From NCBI GenBank assembly GCA_013152415.1, contig JAADGI010000014.1, forward strand, positions 36,489 through 68,488: a DNA stretch of 32,000 nucleotides, given 5' to 3'. The notes under the pieces are model-generated. The model saw only the letters and a program-made list of their open reading frames with translations, searched no databases and was not told the DNA's origin. Source of the DNA: Gammaproteobacteria bacterium. GTDB lineage: Bacteria > Pseudomonadota > Gammaproteobacteria > HyVt-429. The translations under genes were made by a program, and so were the position numbers. This document shows, piece after piece, positions 8,168 through 17,540 of this stretch. Each line of letters begins with the position of its first letter. Position 1 is the first letter of the stretch.

Positions 8168-8596
8168 ATGTCCGATATCGATATGGAACTGAGCACAGGT
8201 CTTGCCGCCTTTGAGGCCAAGGAATTTTCCCGTGCCAAACAACTATTGTCACCGCTTGCCGATCAAGGTAACGCCGAGGCCCAGCACCGGCTCGCCATTA
8301 TCTATCAAAATGGACTCAGTCTGGTAAAAAATGAAATGTGCGCCTACAAGTGGATGCGTGCCGCTGCCGAACAGGACCACGCCAACGCCCAGCATGGACT
8401 CGGTTTTATGTATCTGCACGGAGAGTGTATCAACAAGAATGAGACCGAAGCCGCACAGTGGTTTCACAAGGCTGCTGAACAGGGATTGATCGGTTCACAG
8501 ACAATCCTGGCGGAGATGTACGCGACAGGCCAGGGTGTTGAAAAAGACCTAGATGAGGCACAAAAATGGAAAAAGCGGGTAGAGGAACAGACTTAG
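8168..8596 (+). CDS. Sel1-repeat (TPR-like) protein
   Basis: There are three to four Sel1 units (GNAEAQHRLAIIYQNG, DHANAQHGLGFMYLHG, GLIGSQTILAEMYATGQGVEKDLDEAQKW). The ATG at 8168 has GGAGG (8155-8159) 8 nt upstream. The track start at 8138 is a TTG. Confidence 0.8.
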   Translation: MSDIDMELSTGLAAFEAKEFSRAKQLLSPLADQGNAEAQHRLAIIYQNGLSLVKNEMCAYKWMRAAAEQDHANAQHGLGFMYLHGECINKNETEAAQWFHKAAEQGLIGSQTILAEMYATGQGVEKDLDEAQKWKKRVEEQT

Positions 8597-8703
8597 CGCA
8601 AGAATAGTGTAGTGGTCGCAACTACTACAAAAAATAAAGCCTTCTCTTCGCCACAAAGGCACGGGTTACCCACTTAATCTGGGGAAGAGCATCATTTTTA
8701 TTT

Positions 8704-11178
8704 CTAGAGCCTTTCTTCGGAAACCAGATGTTCATCCAGGTCCAGGATGACGTTTGTAAAACCATTTTTCTGAGCACCTTGAAGAAACTCGGCACGCCGC
8801 AGGAGCGCCTCTTCTGTACCACCAACGCCAGCCAGACCATTCCCTTGCTCTCGCCCAGGGCGATGGGCTGCCACCAGCGTGTGTGAGCGTTGGTAAATAT
8901 ACTCAGATGCCTTTTGATAGCCGAGTTTACGAACCTTTACATCGTAATAATCTGCTGATGATTCCGTCAGATCAATCACCCATTCCGTTGAGCCCCCATC
9001 AATGATGTCTTGCCGCGCATTGCTGATTAAACCGGGTAATGGCTTATTGTCTTTACCACTTCCTCTCCACACCGTGTTATCGATCCGAGGCTCACCGTTC
9101 CATGCTGCACCTGCCTCGAACACCTTCTTGTAGTCCTCTATCATCCGGGCCTCGGGAACCGCTTCTATAATAAGGAGCCGGTGTGGAACGTTATGCTTCT
9201 GCAAATACTCGACAGCCGTCTTCGTCATCACATAGTCTGATCCGGGGGCAAGCGGCGTAACCAGGGTTAAGTGAACATCGGGATTTCGATCGGCCAATTT
9301 ACGTAGGATATCGGCGATTTGTTCTCGCAGCCAATCTCCTTCCTCCGCATCAATATGGTTCTTTCCAATCAGACCAATCCAGCAATCTTTACGGATTAAG
9401 TCTTGATTTCCACCGTCCTCTACCCTGGTCAGTAGACTTCGGTCCAAAAGGCGAATCTGATTACGGTCAAAATCCCTGGTTTGCTCATCCAAAGATTCAT
9501 AAGGGACAATATTGGGATGAAGTTTACGGGTATCATCCCGGCGCTCACCATATTGCCATCCATCCACATACCTTCCCGCCACCCATGACCGATGCTCAAG
9601 TTCGGCCAGCATCTCTAGCGTATCCGTATCTTCACAAAACCGGAATCCATTCGAGACATCTAAAGCGTATCCGCCTGATACGTAATACCCAGCGGCCGAA
9701 AGCTTGGTTTTAATATGATCTGCGGCCCGACGATTGGAGACACGATAAGTTTCGCTTAGCTCCCGCCATTTAGATAGCGGCAACCCACTCCGCCCTTCGC
9801 CCTCATGACCCAACCGGGTCTGGCGATCTCCCACATAGGCGAGATGGATCTTCAGGGCAATGTCCTCCAAAGACCCCTCTAGTTTTTTCAGCGAGCATAA
9901 CCGATCCTCGACACCAAAAGGCTGGATTATATCGCTGAACCGTCGTGCATGGGACGAAGCAACAAGCAGGTCCCCGATTCCTTCGCATTTGGACAAGCGG
10001 ACATAGGTCGGAGACTTCCAACACCCAGTCTGCTGCATCGTGTTCTGGACGCATATGGCAGCACTCAGCGCTGTAGCACCCTGATCCAGACAAATAAACA
10101 CGGCGGTAACTTCATCGGCTCTCTCGATCTTAGCCATGAGTTCTTTCGACAAACGGTCAGTCTCAAATCGGAAATTTTCGAACCTAATCTCTGCAATCTC
10201 TTTACCTTTGATTTGCGGATAAGCCTGTTCGATCCGCGACTTCGCCATAGCTTCATCATCAGTTAAGATGGTAAAAACGGGGCACTCAAAATCAGGATAT
10301 ACACTAGCGGGTGGCAAGTATCCAATCATCGCCTCGGTATAATCATCGAATCCAATAAAAACTACATGAATACGCTTCTGGTTGCGAAGTTTGGCATAGT
10401 TCCACAGTGGTTCAGCCCAGATGAACTGGCGTACCGCCCAAACGCTGAGGTTGAACGGCAACATATCAAAACTACCACAACTTCGTTTAATGGATTCCGA
10501 ACGCACAAGTTGACGCCACAGTTGCCGATTACTGACGGCGACACTTGCGAGTAACCGTGACCCCACCCTTAGTCGCTCTTCGACAATCTTGCGAGCCATC
10601 ATAGTCACCTCAAGATTCTCGCTATCATCGGGCAGTGCCACGATCAGGCGCCTGGCCTTATGGATTGCTGCTTCTTCCAGAATGGCCCGATCAAGCGGAT
10701 TGCCCACCAAGATTTCAAAACCAAGAAGCCGCGCAACAGTCTCATTCGCCTCATCGTACTTGTTGCCTATCAGTACAACTTTGTGCCCACAATCTACTTC
10801 TGACTTGGCGAATGCAAGGCCATTCTTCGAAAGCCCACAGACAACCGTATGGTCCTTCATCATGCGGATACGCCTGGCCTTGATGGTGCTCGCGAAGAAC
10901 TCGATACCGACCCTGAGAATCGCACCCGCTGTCGCCAGAGGGGCTGTAACACGCGCAATCAAAAGAGAATAATAATCATCAGGAATGGGGATATCCGGTT
11001 TTTCTGCAGAAAAGAACGAGATTGTCCGGGCTACAATTTTTAAGAAAAGGCTGGGGTCAAATTTATTGCCACGGGCCAGCTCATAGACAGCCCAACCGTA
11101 TAAGCCAAGACCCGCGCTTACTGCCGCCCAAAGGAACAATCCGACCCATAAAAACTTATCGGTTCGTTTTATTGACAC
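8704..11178 (-). CDS. membrane protein: N-terminal 2 TM, TrkA_N-like Rossmann region(s), RyR domain, C-terminal SLOG-like (YpsA/DprA/LOG-type) Rossmann domain. Candidate effector/sensor partner of the adjacent TIR protein
   Basis: 824 aa with a GTG start preceded by GGTGA. TM helices at aa 9-31 and 71-95. TrkA_N-like: HTVVCGLSKNGLAFAK...KVVLIG...GNPLDRAILEEAAIHKARRLIVALPDD (aa ~110-225). RyR: LEMLAELEHRSWVAGRYVDGWQYGERRDDTRKLHPNIVPYESLDEQTRDFDRN (aa ~520-575), preceded by IALKIHLAY...WRELSETYRVSNRRAADHIKTKL. SLOG-like (aa ~597-815): WIGLIGKNH, VTPLAPGSD and SHTLVAAH...GVGGTEEAL. No K+ selectivity filter (TVGYG) is present. Confidence 0.75.
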   Translation of the reverse strand: MSIKRTDKFLWVGLFLWAAVSAGLGLYGWAVYELARGNKFDPSLFLKIVARTISFFSAEKPDIPIPDDYYSLLIARVTAPLATAGAILRVGIEFFASTIKARRIRMMKDHTVVCGLSKNGLAFAKSEVDCGHKVVLIGNKYDEANETVARLLGFEILVGNPLDRAILEEAAIHKARRLIVALPDDSENLEVTMMARKIVEERLRVGSRLLASVAVSNRQLWRQLVRSESIKRSCGSFDMLPFNLSVWAVRQFIWAEPLWNYAKLRNQKRIHVVFIGFDDYTEAMIGYLPPASVYPDFECPVFTILTDDEAMAKSRIEQAYPQIKGKEIAEIRFENFRFETDRLSKELMAKIERADEVTAVFICLDQGATALSAAICVQNTMQQTGCWKSPTYVRLSKCEGIGDLLVASSHARRFSDIIQPFGVEDRLCSLKKLEGSLEDIALKIHLAYVGDRQTRLGHEGEGRSGLPLSKWRELSETYRVSNRRAADHIKTKLSAAGYYVSGGYALDVSNGFRFCEDTDTLEMLAELEHRSWVAGRYVDGWQYGERRDDTRKLHPNIVPYESLDEQTRDFDRNQIRLLDRSLLTRVEDGGNQDLIRKDCWIGLIGKNHIDAEEGDWLREQIADILRKLADRNPDVHLTLVTPLAPGSDYVMTKTAVEYLQKHNVPHRLLIIEAVPEARMIEDYKKVFEAGAAWNGEPRIDNTVWRGSGKDNKPLPGLISNARQDIIDGGSTEWVIDLTESSADYYDVKVRKLGYQKASEYIYQRSHTLVAAHRPGREQGNGLAGVGGTEEALLRRAEFLQGAQKNGFTNVILDLDEHLVSEERL

Positions 11179-11374
11179 AGGTTTATATCACCAAAGTTTA
11201 ATGACTTAGCAAATCTTCCATTAACCACCGATACGATCTCCATTTCAACGCTTGGATGATTTTATTTACCTTTCCTTCCCGGTTTTGTCACGATAAATAA
11301 CCGCTATTCAGATTCCCGCCTTCACCACCTTAGCCAAGCCACCGTAGAAGGATTTGATTTTCAAATGCCTCTGT

Positions 11375-12247
11375 TCAGTGTTTATTTAATATTTTATCGA
11401 GGATAGACTGAAAAACTGTTTGTGCAAAAATCTTATCACTATCACTAATTTCGTTATTTTTATGCTTCGAATGACCCGAGATATTGCGCTCAGCGATTCG
11501 CAGTGAGCGCAACAACTCTTCTGAAATCAATCCATCTGCGATCAAATCGTACTCCCTCTGGAAGGACTTAATCGCAAACCTGGTATTCGTGTCGCTTGCA
11601 CCTGTAATCCTGCCATTATAGTAACCCAATCGCTGTAGAGCCCTCTGCACTTCGTAGGCATGCACGGCCTTTTCCCTGAAATTTCCATCACCACCGGAAA
11701 ATAGAAGTTGCCATGCGACCAACAAACCAAGTATACCGATTGTGGACATGACCACCCCTACAGCAATTCCATGTCTATGGAAAAATTTTACCTTCTTTTT
11801 CTTTAGCAGATTTCGAGACTGCCGGGAATGCACTTCTTGCTGCCCATTTACAACAGGTATGAGTCTGTTAATGTGCGGACCAAGCGGTCCATCGAAAGCA
11901 TCAATCCAGTGATGTGCGCCAATAAAAAACTCAAGCGAGCTGGATGGAAGAATATCCTTTATGCGGAAAGGGAAAATTGGAACGAGTTTTGAGGCTGCGC
12001 GCTCTACCTCGCGTCTTACCATAGGTGATGCATTGGCATCCTCCGTGAGAACCAGCACCATGCACTTCGAGCTATTGATGCCGCGGATAATTTCCTCGCC
12101 GTACTCCCTGCCAGGGCGAACATCTCGCGGCGCGATCCAACACCGACAACCCTTCTTTTCCAAATGCAGGGCTATTTCATATGCCCGATCCTGATCTTGA
12201 GAGGCATAACTGATAAAAGCGAAGTACTCCGTTTCCTGCTCAACCAT
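11375..12247 (-). CDS. TIR-domain protein with one TM helix and a C-terminal peptidoglycan-binding (PG_binding_1) domain
   Basis: 290 aa, with AAGGAGG 8 nt upstream of the ATG. TIR: YFAFISYASQDQDRAYEIALHLEKKGCRCWIAPRD...CMVLVLTEDANASPMVRREVERA (candidate catalytic Glu at E80). KKKKVKFFHRH is followed by the TM helix GIAVGVVMSTIGILGLLVAWQLLF (aa 160-183). PG-binding: VQRALQRLGYYNGRITGASDTNTRFAIKSFQREYDLIADGLISEELLRSL. Confidence 0.85.
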   Translation of the reverse strand: MVEQETEYFAFISYASQDQDRAYEIALHLEKKGCRCWIAPRDVRPGREYGEEIIRGINSSKCMVLVLTEDANASPMVRREVERAASKLVPIFPFRIKDILPSSSLEFFIGAHHWIDAFDGPLGPHINRLIPVVNGQQEVHSRQSRNLLKKKKVKFFHRHGIAVGVVMSTIGILGLLVAWQLLFSGGDGNFREKAVHAYEVQRALQRLGYYNGRITGASDTNTRFAIKSFQREYDLIADGLISEELLRSLRIAERNISGHSKHKNNEISDSDKIFAQTVFQSILDKILNKH

Positions 12248-12630
12248 CGAGACATCCTCCTTAAGCCGTATCCATGTTTTTCCTGGTAGCTACAAATTTC
12301 GGCTCTAGCAGTCAAAACAGCAAAAGACAAACCAAGCTAAGCTTCACGGGCGAAGAAACTAACTTTGTGGGCACGTGACTAATCCAGCACGGTTCCTCAG
12401 GATTGTGCGGGCTTTGCCCAAATCCGGGGCACTACCCATTCTTCTTGCAATTATACTACTGAAAGTAGACTGCATTGGCAAACCACCCCTCTCGATATTC
12501 TTAGGCATGCCCCAAGCCTTTGATCACATCTCGGAGATAGACCAGACCCCCTAATAAAGCAGCCACATCGCAGCAATTCACTGGTTTTGGGGGGATTATC
12601 AGTACACTGAATATTTCTAATATACGAAAA

Positions 12631-12660
12631 AAAAGCAGACAAAATATTGCCTGCTTTTTC
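12631..12660 (-). terminator. rho-independent terminator candidate downstream of clpA (bidirectional shape)
   Basis: aaaaGCAGac-aaaatatt-gcCTGCttttt. The stem AAAAGCAG/CTGCTTTT is flanked by an A-run and a T-run, so the minus-strand transcript ends in a hairpin followed by about 8 U. It lies ~155 nt past the clpA stop. Confidence 0.55.
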
Positions 12661-12813
12661 CCAACCAATTTATCCAAACTGGTCACAAATAGGCCTGCTT
12701 CATCCCTACAACTCCCACTTGGGTAATTTAGTAATTTATAATATTCTACCCCATCCCAGAAATAGGTTTCATCCAGCGCGTTTAATGAGAAGAGCAACTT
12801 GAATCTTTATAGA

Positions 12814-15081
12814 TCAATGAACCTTCTCTGCTGTGGTTTCAATATCAAAAACCAACTCATCGTCTTTCTCGCTTAGATCGACGTGACCACCCTGGGCCAG
12901 GCGCCCAAAAAGAAGCTCTTCGGCCAGGGCCTTCTTGATCTTGTCTTTGATCAGACGTGCCATGGGGCGGGCACCCATAATACGATCATAACCGTTCCTA
13001 GCCAGCCACTCCCGTGCGGCCTCATCCACCTGCAGGGTCACCTTCTTGTCTTCGAGCTGTTGCTCCATTTCCAGCAAGAATTTGTCCACCACCTGGCGAA
13101 TGTGTTTCTCGTTGAGTGCGGCAAAGGGAATGATGGCATCGAGACGATTACGGAATTCCGGAGAAAACATTTTTTTGATTTCTTCCAGATCATCACCAGT
13201 ATGGTCTTGTTGAGTAAAACCCATATTAGACCGGGCCATACGCTCGGCCCCGGCATTGGTGGTCATGACGATAATGATGTTACGGAAGTCTGCCTTGCGC
13301 CCGTTGTTATCGGTGAGAGTACCGTGGTCCATGACCTGCAATAACAAGTTGAACACATCGGGATGGGCCTTCTCAACTTCATCCAACAACAAAACCGCAT
13401 GGGGATTTTTGTTGACCGCGTCGGTGAGTAACCCACCTTGATCAAAACCCACATATCCGGGAGGCGCGCCGATTAAACGGGACACGGTGTGGCGTTCCAT
13501 ATACTCGGACATATCAAAGCGGATCAACTCTATGCTCAGCGTATGGGCGAGTTGACGTGTCACCTCGGTCTTGCCCACGCCGGTGGGACCGGAGAACAAG
13601 AACGAGGAAATAGGCCGATCCGCCTGCCCCAGACCGGAGCGGGCCATCTTTATAGCCGTAGCCAGGGCGTCAATGGCCCGGTCTTGACCAAAGACCATAC
13701 GCTTCAGGTCCGTCTCTAATGTGCGCAGGGCCTCTTTGTCCGAACTGGAAACACTCTTCGGTGGGATACGTGCCATCAGGGCCACTACCGACTCGATATC
13801 GGTCACACCGATAGACTTCTTGCGCTTATCGACAGGCACTAAATGTACACGGGCACCCGCCTCGTCAATGACATCAATGGCCTTGTCCGGCAACTGACGT
13901 TCGTTGATGTAACGGTCGGAAAGCTCCACCGCACTACGCAAGGCCTGGTGGGTATATTTCACCGTATGGTGATCCTCAAAACGAGATTTTAAGCCACGCA
14001 AAATTTCCACTGTCTCTTCTACCGAAGGTTCGAGGACATCGATCTTTTGAAAACGCCTGGACAGAGCTCGATCTTTCTCAAAAATGCCACGATATTCCTG
14101 AAAGGTGGTCGAACCGATGAAACGCAAATCACCGGCGGCAAGTACCGGCTTTAACAAATTGGAGGCATCCATGGCACCACCGGAGGCAGCACCGGCACCG
14201 ATAATAGTATGGATTTCGTCGATAAACAGGATGGCGCGGTCTTCCTGGCACAAGGCCTTGATCACCCCCTTCAGACGTTGCTCAAAATCCCCCCGGTACT
14301 TGGTCCCCGCCAACAAGGCGCCCATATCAAGCGCATAAATAACACTATCGCTAAGTATCTCCGGCACTTCGCCATCAACAATCTTTTTTGCCAGACCCTC
14401 AGCCAAGGCGGTCTTGCCGACACCGGCATCACCCACATAGAGAGGGTTGTTTTTGCGGCGGCGGCATAGAATCTGGACTGTTCGTTCTACCTCGGCCTCA
14501 CGGCCAATCAGGGGATCGATTCGCCCCTGTCGCGCCACTTCGTTGAGATTTGAGGTAAACGCTTTCAGTGGGCTTTGTGGGCTGGATTCACCTCCCTCCT
14601 CTATGTCTTCGGGAGCGGGCAAGCCAATACCATCGTCACCCATCACCTTGGAAATACCATGGGACAGATAATTGACCACATCAAAGCGGCTGATGCCCTG
14701 TTTTTGTAGAAAAAATGCGGCGTGGGAGTCCTTTTCGCTAAAAATGGCTACCAGCACATTGGCCCCATCCACTTCTTTTTTCCCCGAGCTCTGCACATGC
14801 AGGATGGCCCGCTGTATCACCCTTTGAAACCCCAAGGTGGGCTGAGTATCATCGGCACTGTCCACCGGCAATACCGGAACCTCCTCCTTAAGGAACTGAT
14901 CCAAATTGCTGCGCAAGGCATCAATATTGCCACCACAGGCACGAATCACACGGACTGCAGAGGGGTTATCCAACAAGGCCGACAGCAGATGCTCCACGGT
15001 AACAAACTCGTGACGCCACTCACGGGCCTGGCCAATGGCGGAATTTAACGCGAACTCAAGTTCGTGAGAAAGCATAGTCAA
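12814..15081 (-). CDS. clpA: ATP-dependent Clp protease ATP-binding subunit ClpA
   Basis: 755 aa with a Clp_N repeat at the N-terminus and two AAA modules (GDAGVGKT and GPTGVGKT Walker A, LFIDEIH and [10 protein letters not shown] Walker B). It sits directly after clpS with a 4-nt ATGA overlap. Confidence 0.97.
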   Translation of the reverse strand: MTMLSHELEFALNSAIGQAREWRHEFVTVEHLLSALLDNPSAVRVIRACGGNIDALRSNLDQFLKEEVPVLPVDSADDTQPTLGFQRVIQRAILHVQSSGKKEVDGANVLVAIFSEKDSHAAFFLQKQGISRFDVVNYLSHGISKVMGDDGIGLPAPEDIEEGGESSPQSPLKAFTSNLNEVARQGRIDPLIGREAEVERTVQILCRRRKNNPLYVGDAGVGKTALAEGLAKKIVDGEVPEILSDSVIYALDMGALLAGTKYRGDFEQRLKGVIKALCQEDRAILFIDEIHTIIGAGAASGGAMDASNLLKPVLAAGDLRFIGSTTFQEYRGIFEKDRALSRRFQKIDVLEPSVEETVEILRGLKSRFEDHHTVKYTHQALRSAVELSDRYINERQLPDKAIDVIDEAGARVHLVPVDKRKKSIGVTDIESVVALMARIPPKSVSSSDKEALRTLETDLKRMVFGQDRAIDALATAIKMARSGLGQADRPISSFLFSGPTGVGKTEVTRQLAHTLSIELIRFDMSEYMERHTVSRLIGAPPGYVGFDQGGLLTDAVNKNPHAVLLLDEVEKAHPDVFNLLLQVMDHGTLTDNNGRKADFRNIIIVMTTNAGAERMARSNMGFTQQDHTGDDLEEIKKMFSPEFRNRLDAIIPFAALNEKHIRQVVDKFLLEMEQQLEDKKVTLQVDEAAREWLARNGYDRIMGARPMARLIKDKIKKALAEELLFGRLAQGGHVDLSEKDDELVFDIETTAEKVH

Positions 15082-15407
15082 TCAGGTTCCAACGTACATT
15101 GTAGGGGATGCTGGTTTTCTTGGGAAAAATTTACCACTTGATTCACCTTCGTCTCTGCAACCTCGCGTGTAAACACACCGCACACACCCATACCCTTGGT
15201 ATGGACATGAAGCATAATCCGTACCGCGTCTTCACGGTGCTTTCCAAAAATTTGCTGAAGCACCGTAACGACAAACTCCATCGGAGTATAGTCATCATTC
15301 AGCAACAACACCTTGTAGAGACGAGGCCGCTTTAACTCGGGCCGGACCTCGGCCACCGTCAAGCTATCGACACCATCACGCTCGCCCAGAGGGTCTTTCT
15401 CACTCAT
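15078..15407 (-). CDS. clpS: ATP-dependent Clp protease adaptor ClpS
   Basis: 109 aa. [27 protein letters not shown]...[25 protein letters not shown] is the canonical ClpS core. It is translationally coupled to clpA. Confidence 0.95.
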   Translation of the reverse strand: MSEKDPLGERDGVDSLTVAEVRPELKRPRLYKVLLLNDDYTPMEFVVTVLQQIFGKHREDAVRIMLHVHTKGMGVCGVFTREVAETKVNQVVNFSQENQHPLQCTLEPD

Positions 15408-15730
15408 GATCTCACCCGAGAATTTATTCCCCCTGCACTTAAAAGTTTGGGGGTATCCACTGAAATTTCAAGCACATATTTAGCAAGGACATTGCTGCAC
15501 CACCATAATACCTGGAAAATAATAACTTGAATATTGGGAACTTCTAAGGCCGTCTGCATCTTGACATGTCCGGAAAAGGAGGCAAGATGTGGGGTCCCGG
15601 AACTATCAGGGTCCAGCTCACGGGGTGCCTTGGTCTGATGGCTCCCACCCACTCTCACAGTACCGGGGACCATTATAACTATAAAGTGGGGTGCAAAAAC
15701 GCACCATAATCGCCGAAAAGGAGCATACCG

Positions 15731-15979
15731 ATGCCTAAGGGTACGGTTAAATGGTTTAATGCCGCCAAGGGGTATGGATTCATATCACCCCAAAATGGTG
15801 GTGATGATGTCTTTGCGCACTTCTCGTCCATCGAAATGGAGGGCTACAGGACCCTCAAACGCGGACAGGAAGTGGAGTTCGACCTTCAGGAAGGGCCTAA
15901 AGGTTTGCAAGCATCACATATCCGCCAAGACGCATTAAGCCAACAGAGCTTAGGTCCGGATAATTCCGTCCAGGAATAA
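15731..15979 (+). CDS. cspD: cold-shock-domain protein, CspD-like
   Basis: [17 protein letters not shown]...DVFAHFSSI are the RNP1/RNP2 motifs. AAGGAG lies upstream. The position divergent from clpS matches the E. coli cspD-clpS-clpA arrangement. Confidence 0.85.
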   Translation: MPKGTVKWFNAAKGYGFISPQNGGDDVFAHFSSIEMEGYRTLKRGQEVEFDLQEGPKGLQASHIRQDALSQQSLGPDNSVQE

Positions 15980-16029
15980 TCTGGGTACGACAGCCAAAAA
16001 CGCAATTTGCGGTTTTCGGTCGGCTTGCG

Positions 16030-16078
16030 AAATCATTCGCTGGAATCGAATGATTTTGGTGGCGCGTCTTGGCCACCA
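16030..16078. terminator. two tandem hairpins between convergent cspD and icd (possible terminators, non-canonical)
   Basis: AAATCATTCG-ctggaat-CGAATGATTT (16030-56, 10 bp) and TGGTGGC-gcgtcttg-GCCACCA (16057-78, 7 bp). Neither has a clean U-tract on either strand. Confidence 0.35.
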
Positions 16079-16121
16079 TGGGCTCAATCTATCAATCCGG
16101 CTCGAAGTTCAGCCCCAGTGA

Positions 16122-17378
16122 TCACATGTGCTGGGTGATAGCCTGCCCAAACCCGGAACAACTCACCAGGCTCGCCCCCTCCATAAGGCGTTCCAGATCG
16201 TAGGTCACCGTCTTCGCAGCGATGGCCTGGGATACCCCACGCACCACACAGTCTGCCGCCTCAACCCAACCCAGGTGACGCAACATCATCTCTGCCGACA
16301 ATACCAGGGAGCCTGGATTGACCTGATCCTTACCGGCATATTTGGGTGCGGTGCCATGGGTGGCCTCAAAGATTGCGGTGGTATCGGATAAATTGGCCCC
16401 TGGGGCGATACCGATTCCCCCTACCTGGGCGGCCAGGGCATCGGAGATATAGTCACCATTAAGATTGAGGGTGGCGATCACATCGTATTCTTCCGGCCTT
16501 AACAGGATTTGCTGCAAGAAAGCGTCAGCAATAACATCCTTGATCACAATCTCTGCTCCAGTTTTTGGGTTCTTAAAGCGGCACCATGGCCCGGAATCGA
16601 TCTCCTCGGCGCCAAATTCGGACTTGGCCAGTTCATAGCCCCAGTTTTTAAACGCGCCTTCGGTGAACTTCATAATGTTACCCTTGTGCACCAGAGTCAC
16701 GGAACGCCGGTCGTTGTCGATGGCGTATTGAATAGCCCTGCGCACCAGACGCTGAGTACCCAGCTTGGAAACCGGCTTGATACCAATACCCGAAGACTCC
16801 GGGAAACGAATCTTGCTGACACCCATGTCGTTTTGCAAAAAGGCAATAACGCGCTTGACTTCATCCGACCCTGCCGCCCATTCAATACCGGCATAAATAT
16901 CTTCCGAGTTTTCCCGGAAAATCACCATATCAGTCTTGCTGGGATCGCGTAGTGGGCTGGGTGTACCGGGGTAGTAACGTACTGGCCGCAGACAGACATA
17001 GAGGTCCAGCTGTTGACGCAAGGCCACGTTGAGAGAGCGGATGCCTCCCCCCACCGGGGTGCTTAGGGGGCCCTTAATGGCGACATGAAAGTCCTTGATC
17101 GCCTCCAGGGTTTCATCTGGCAACCAACTGTCTGGTCCATAGACCGATAGTGCCTTTTCACCAGCATAGATCTCCATCCAGGCGATGGCCCGATCATCGC
17201 CATAGGCCTTACTTATCGCCGCATCCACCACACTCTTCATCACCGGAGTGATATCCACACCAATACCGTCACCCTCAATATAGGGGATGATGGGACGGCT
17301 CGGGACATCTAAAGTATTGTCCGCATTGCAACGGATTGCCTCTCCGTTGGTGGGGATTTGGATATTTTGATAGGCCAT
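16122..17378 (-). CDS. icd: NADP-dependent isocitrate dehydrogenase
   Basis: 418 aa. It is E. coli Icd-like along its whole length ([55 protein letters not shown]). Confidence 0.97.
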   Translation of the reverse strand: MAYQNIQIPTNGEAIRCNADNTLDVPSRPIIPYIEGDGIGVDITPVMKSVVDAAISKAYGDDRAIAWMEIYAGEKALSVYGPDSWLPDETLEAIKDFHVAIKGPLSTPVGGGIRSLNVALRQQLDLYVCLRPVRYYPGTPSPLRDPSKTDMVIFRENSEDIYAGIEWAAGSDEVKRVIAFLQNDMGVSKIRFPESSGIGIKPVSKLGTQRLVRRAIQYAIDNDRRSVTLVHKGNIMKFTEGAFKNWGYELAKSEFGAEEIDSGPWCRFKNPKTGAEIVIKDVIADAFLQQILLRPEEYDVIATLNLNGDYISDALAAQVGGIGIAPGANLSDTTAIFEATHGTAPKYAGKDQVNPGSLVLSAEMMLRHLGWVEAADCVVRGVSQAIAAKTVTYDLERLMEGASLVSCSGFGQAITQHM

Positions 17379-17384
17379 AGACTA

Positions 17385-17540
17385 CTCCGGGGTGTAAATT
17401 AAGGGCATAAAACTGCTTATGGGCACTTCTCTATTAGCACCTTCTCCCTGGGGAAGAAGGGATTATCAATTAATGAAAGTACCCTTATAAAAATGACCCA
17501 CAGGGGGCTCAGCGTTTTGATCGCAGATACCGAGGACCCT
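17385..17540. repeat. intergenic mosaic repeat, copy in the icd upstream region
   Basis: The reverse complement carries gtgctaatag (17431-40, matching 18608-17), aagcagtt (17411-18, matching 18671-78) and ttttatgccct (17402-12, matching 7920-30). The plus strand carries ttagcacctt (17434-43, matching 29011-20) and accgagg (17529-35). A hairpin CCTTCTCC/GGAAGAAGG lies at 17440-60. Confidence 0.45.

Noticed and set aside
8704-11178. The 824-aa protein as a conventional RCK-regulated K+ channel (2 TM plus TrkA_N).
   Set aside because: There is no pore-loop or selectivity filter (TVGYG-like) between the two TM helices. The Rossmann glycine motif is degenerate (CGLSKNG), and the usual acidic residue after strand 2 is missing. 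A channel-like role remains possible, but the canonical K+ channel call is unsupported.
12501-12797. 98-aa ORF (TTG start) between clpA and the TIR gene that could have been a third component of the TIR/SLOG module.
   Set aside because: It has a non-ATG start 17 nt after the clpA stop and no RBS. It runs through the hairpin/U-tract terminator at 12631-12660. Its sequence has no recognisable domain. It is most likely a chance ORF in a spacer.
1-12813. Claiming a clear low-GC genomic island for the left 12.8 kb.
   Set aside because: Spot counts of a few 60-nt stretches gave values similar to the core genes, except for AT-rich gene ends and spacers. Without a computed sliding-window profile, I cannot support a compositional boundary.
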